The notes beneath the pieces were generated by a model. That model saw only the letters and a program-made list of their open reading frames with translations, had not been told where the DNA came from and searched no databases. The translations under genes and the position numbers were made by a program. From NCBI GenBank assembly GCA_963666285.1, contig OY762711.1: 64,000 bases of DNA. One strand, 5' to 3'. Below, one piece after another: positions 60,609 through 64,000 of this stretch (its first letter is position 1; each line of letters begins with the position of its first letter). The DNA is from Sedimentisphaerales bacterium. Its GTDB lineage: Bacteria > Planctomycetota > Phycisphaerae > Sedimentisphaerales > SM23-30.

Positions 60609-62480
60609 ATGAAAAAGGATATGAATTATATTTTGAGTGGTGCATTTGAGCATGCCGGCATGGCTATCCTGGTATTTGGCCCTGGTAATACAATTATACT
60701 TGCAAATGCCAAAGCCGGTGATATGCTTGGAGTCAATCCTGATGAGATTGACGGTGACATTTTCGGTGACCTCATCGAAGATCCGGATTCCATTCTCTGG
60801 AACGAGCTTCAGGAAAATTGTTTGGCCGGTCCTTATACCATTGATACTATCATCAGGCTTAGTGCCGGTAAAAAAATGGCTGTTCGTATCCAGGCTGTAT
60901 CTGTCTCTGATAATGTTTATTTATACATTTCCGATAATTCTGAACTTGAATGGAGTCGGCAGGAACTGCTGCTCACAAATGAACAGCTGGAAAGAAATCA
61001 GAGAATGGCGCGGGAAAAAGAAAATTATCTCCGTGCTATTTTTCGTGCCTCTGGTACCGGCATTGCCCTGTTAAATCTCAATGGAAATACTATCGAGTGT
61101 AACAGCTTCTACCAGACCCTCGCCGGTAGGACTATCGATCAATTGCGTTCGCAGTCTTTCAGTACATACGTTCATCCGGATGATCGAAGAGGGTCGCTGG
61201 CTATTTTTACTGATCTCGCCTCTGGTAAATGTTCTCACTATCAGCTTGAACATCGCCAGCTGCATAATGACGGTAGTTATGTCTGGGTAAAGGTCTCTGC
61301 TTCTCTTATTCGTTCTGATGCCGGGGTGCCGGATTTCGCCTTGTTTATCCTGGAAGATATTACCGAGCAGAAGGAAGCTGAACTGTCATTCCAGCAGAGT
61401 GAACTGAAGTATCGTACCCTGTTCCAGAGTATGCTTGATGGTTTCTGCTGCCATCGGGTTGTGCGAAATGAGGAAGATAAAGTTATCGATTACGAGTTTA
61501 CCGAGATAAACGATTCTTTTGCTGAAATACTCGGACTGGAACGTAAGGATATTATTGGTGAAAAAATTACTTCTGTTCTAAGTAACTCTCGATTTACTCT
61601 TGAATGGAGCAAATTATATCGACGTGTCGATGAATGCAAGATACACATTCGCCATGATATTTTTGCCTACGAAATTGAAAAATGGTTCTCGGTTCTTGCC
61701 TATAGCCCGGAACCGGATTATTTTGTTACTTTCATCGAAGATATTACCGAACGTCGCCAGATTGAAGAAGAGATTCGGGTCTTTGCTACCGAGCTTGAAT
61801 GCAGCAACAGGGAACTGGAGCATTTTGTCAATCGGGCCAGTGGAGAACTTACTTCAAGGCTTTCTCTTATTTCTGAGGGGCTCGATAGTCTGGATTTCTG
61901 CTGTGGTGATATGACTGACCAGGGACGCGATACCCTGCAGGACATTCAAACCCATTGCAACAGTCTGCAGGGAATGCTCGATGGTTTGCTTGTCTATTCC
62001 AGGATGGTTTATCGCGGTAACCCGTTTGAGCCGGTTGATCTTAACCTGGCTGTCGAAGATATGGAAAAAATATTTGCCGGTAGTATTGCCCGAGGAAGTA
62101 TCATAGTTGAAAAGTCGCTTTTGCCGACTGTTGAAGCCGATGCACAGCAGATGAATCTTTTATTCGAAAAAATTATCGACTGGATGCTGCTATTCAAAAT
62201 GGATGATGAACTTAATGTTAATATCTCCAGTATTCAGTCCGGCAAAAACTGGGATGTTACTGTTGTCGGTTGCAGGATTGATATACCCGACCAGATAGCT
62301 AAAATTATTTTCGATGTGTTCCGTTCTTTCGAATATAATGGCAAAACTTATAGTACCGGTATCCATCTTCCGTTATGTAAAAAGATTATGGAACGGCATT
62401 GCGGCCAGATAGCCCTTAGTGCCAGGGACAACAATCAATGTGTGTTCCATCTGACTTTCCCAATTCCTACTATTGATTAA
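60609..62480 (+). CDS. PAS x3 sensor with degenerate histidine-kinase core
   Basis: PAS/PAC motifs; SNRELEHF...ASGEL at the H-box position; eroded N and G boxes. Confidence 0.8.
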   Translation: MKKDMNYILSGAFEHAGMAILVFGPGNTIILANAKAGDMLGVNPDEIDGDIFGDLIEDPDSILWNELQENCLAGPYTIDTIIRLSAGKKMAVRIQAVSVSDNVYLYISDNSELEWSRQELLLTNEQLERNQRMAREKENYLRAIFRASGTGIALLNLNGNTIECNSFYQTLAGRTIDQLRSQSFSTYVHPDDRRGSLAIFTDLASGKCSHYQLEHRQLHNDGSYVWVKVSASLIRSDAGVPDFALFILEDITEQKEAELSFQQSELKYRTLFQSMLDGFCCHRVVRNEEDKVIDYEFTEINDSFAEILGLERKDIIGEKITSVLSNSRFTLEWSKLYRRVDECKIHIRHDIFAYEIEKWFSVLAYSPEPDYFVTFIEDITERRQIEEEIRVFATELECSNRELEHFVNRASGELTSRLSLISEGLDSLDFCCGDMTDQGRDTLQDIQTHCNSLQGMLDGLLVYSRMVYRGNPFEPVDLNLAVEDMEKIFAGSIARGSIIVEKSLLPTVEADAQQMNLLFEKIIDWMLLFKMDDELNVNISSIQSGKNWDVTVVGCRIDIPDQIAKIIFDVFRSFEYNGKTYSTGIHLPLCKKIMERHCGQIALSARDNNQCVFHLTFPIPTID

Positions 62481-62532
62481 GTGTTAATCTAAGTCCCGCT
62501 AATTTCCACTCTTAACTTGTATAGACTATCTT

Positions 62533-63573
62533 CTAATCCAAAAATATTACATCGTCCGGTTCAACTGACAAACTTACACTATCGCCGGTATTAAATGGAC
62601 ACTTGCTTGGTGTTTTTGCCTTCATGGTCGTTCCGCAGACATCAATCTCAAGAACAGCATTTTCACCCTGGTATATCCTGTTCAACACGGTGCCCGTCTG
62701 CCTGCCTTTCGTCGGCCCTTGTACATCCAGGTCTTCCGGCCGTATACCGAATTTTACCGAACCTTCACAGTCGAACGGCATCTCAACATCGCCGATAACG
62801 GCATGAACCATCCGGTTATTGCCTTTGTCAACTTTACCTTTTATGAAATTACATTCTCCGATAAACTCCGCCACAAACGAGTTGGCAGGGCGGCGATATA
62901 TCTTCTCCGGTGTACCGACTTGTGCTACCTTACCGGCATTCATCACCGCTATTTTATCTGCCATAGACAGTGCTTCCTGCTGGTCATGTGTTACATAAAC
63001 TCCGGTAATATGATTGTCTTTCACTATTCGATGGATTTCTTCACGCATGGTTAGCCTGAGCTTGGCGTCCAGGTTACTTAATGGTTCATCCAGCAGCAGC
63101 ACTTCCGGGCGAGATGCCAGTGCTCTTGCCAGTGCCACACGCTGCTGCTGACCGCCCGACAGCTGGGTCGGCTTTCGACTTGCCAGGTGTGCCATTTGGA
63201 CCATCTCCAGCTTCTCCATCGCTTCCGCTTTTCTCTCCGATGCCGAAACACCTTTCATCTGCAAACCAAATTCGACATTCTTCAATACTGTCATATGCGG
63301 CCACAATGCATAATTCTGGAATACCATCGGACAGTTCCGTTTTTGCGGCGGTTCTTCGGTCACATCTTTACCGTCAAATAGGATCTTACCGGAAGTTGCA
63401 TCGATAAGCCCGCTGATAATCCTCAGCAGGGTTGTCTTGCCGCAGCCGCTTGGCCCCAGTAAAAAATAGAATTCACCCTGGTTTATTTCCAGGTTGATAT
63501 CCTTCAATACATGGATAGTGTTGCCAGGCTGCTGGTACGATTTGTTTATTCTTTCTATTCTTATTCCAGTCAT
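62533..63573 (-). CDS. ABC transporter ATP-binding protein (FbpC/PotA type)
   Basis: GPSGCGKT, LSGGQQQR, LLLDEPLSNLDA, VTHDQ, TOBE-like end. Confidence 0.93.
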   Translation of the reverse strand: MTGIRIERINKSYQQPGNTIHVLKDINLEINQGEFYFLLGPSGCGKTTLLRIISGLIDATSGKILFDGKDVTEEPPQKRNCPMVFQNYALWPHMTVLKNVEFGLQMKGVSASERKAEAMEKLEMVQMAHLASRKPTQLSGGQQQRVALARALASRPEVLLLDEPLSNLDAKLRLTMREEIHRIVKDNHITGVYVTHDQQEALSMADKIAVMNAGKVAQVGTPEKIYRRPANSFVAEFIGECNFIKGKVDKGNNRMVHAVIGDVEMPFDCEGSVKFGIRPEDLDVQGPTKGRQTGTVLNRIYQGENAVLEIDVCGTTMKAKTPSKCPFNTGDSVSLSVEPDDVIFLD

Positions 63574-63690
63574 ATTTTCTGTTCACAATACTATTATTTG
63601 ATTTGTTATTTTTAGTTTTTGCAAAGCTTTTAGAATCAGGTCGCAGGCTGATATCCGTCTAAGACAGAGCGACATCTTCTTTTCGCTTTT

Positions 63691-64000
63691 TTATGCTCTA
63701 AATATAGCACCCAGTTTCTTACCCAGCAGGCAGCTTGCAATCCCTATCGCACCGCCCATTATCAGCATACCCACAACGCCCAGTGCCGCTGCCAAGGAAG
63801 CCGCATCTGCATCAGAGTCTAGTGTCACAGCATACATCTGTTTCGTTATTGGATAGTGTGCTTCCTGTTGTGCCAGGATAAGTGAATCACTTACCTCCAG
63901 CATTGCAAATGAGAATGCCAGTACCGAAGCTGCAATAATATTTGCTGTTACCAACGGCAGGGTAACCTTGGTAAATGCGGCAAACTTGCTCGCGCCCAGG
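63691..64000 (-). CDS. ABC transporter permease (iron/FbpB-like), C-terminal part
   Basis: Frame open to window end: LGASKFAAFTKVTLPLV...FAMLEVSDSL. Confidence 0.85.
   Translation of the reverse strand, partial: LGASKFAAFTKVTLPLVTANIIAASVLAFSFAMLEVSDSLILAQQEAHYPITKQMYAVTLDSDADAASLAAALGVVGMLIMGGAIGIASCLLGKKLGAIFRA

Overview
Bacterial chromosomal window, probably Planctomycetota (Phycisphaerae/Sedimentisphaerales-like; inferred from PEP-CTERM proteins, a dockerin-like tail, DPN-rich secreted protein and gene style, not confirmed). The first ~16 kb holds glycan/envelope genes (UPF0104 flippase-like, GT2, asnB, GH81) interleaved with AT-rich inserts. These are a run of small lipoprotein/membrane-anchored genes (one split by a complete IS701-family element), two DUF1016/YhcG nuclease genes around a DNA methyltransferase, and intergenic spacers built from stacked hairpins and 7-10-mer tandem repeats. 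The middle has budA, an aminotransferase, an MCP + PstS-like + porin trio, a CPBP-protease block bracketed by a 41-bp direct repeat, hppA, an unlisted rpsU, a Wza-like gene, rluD and two paralogous multi-PAS histidine kinases. At 48-54 kb an AT-rich block has four tandem PEP-CTERM genes with identical junction DNA but divergent cores, upstream of a large RCC1/beta-helix/dockerin-like protein. The end has GH35, macro, GNAT, AraC, an esterase, a small basic protein, a His-less kinase and an ABC transporter. Best candidates for undescribed biology are the PEP-CTERM cassette-like array, the modular intergenic hairpin/repeat system around small AT-rich genes, and in-frame DNA palindromes at the same site of both YhcG genes. 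No rRNA, tRNA or CRISPR array was seen. All family calls come from motif recognition by eye; no searches were run.
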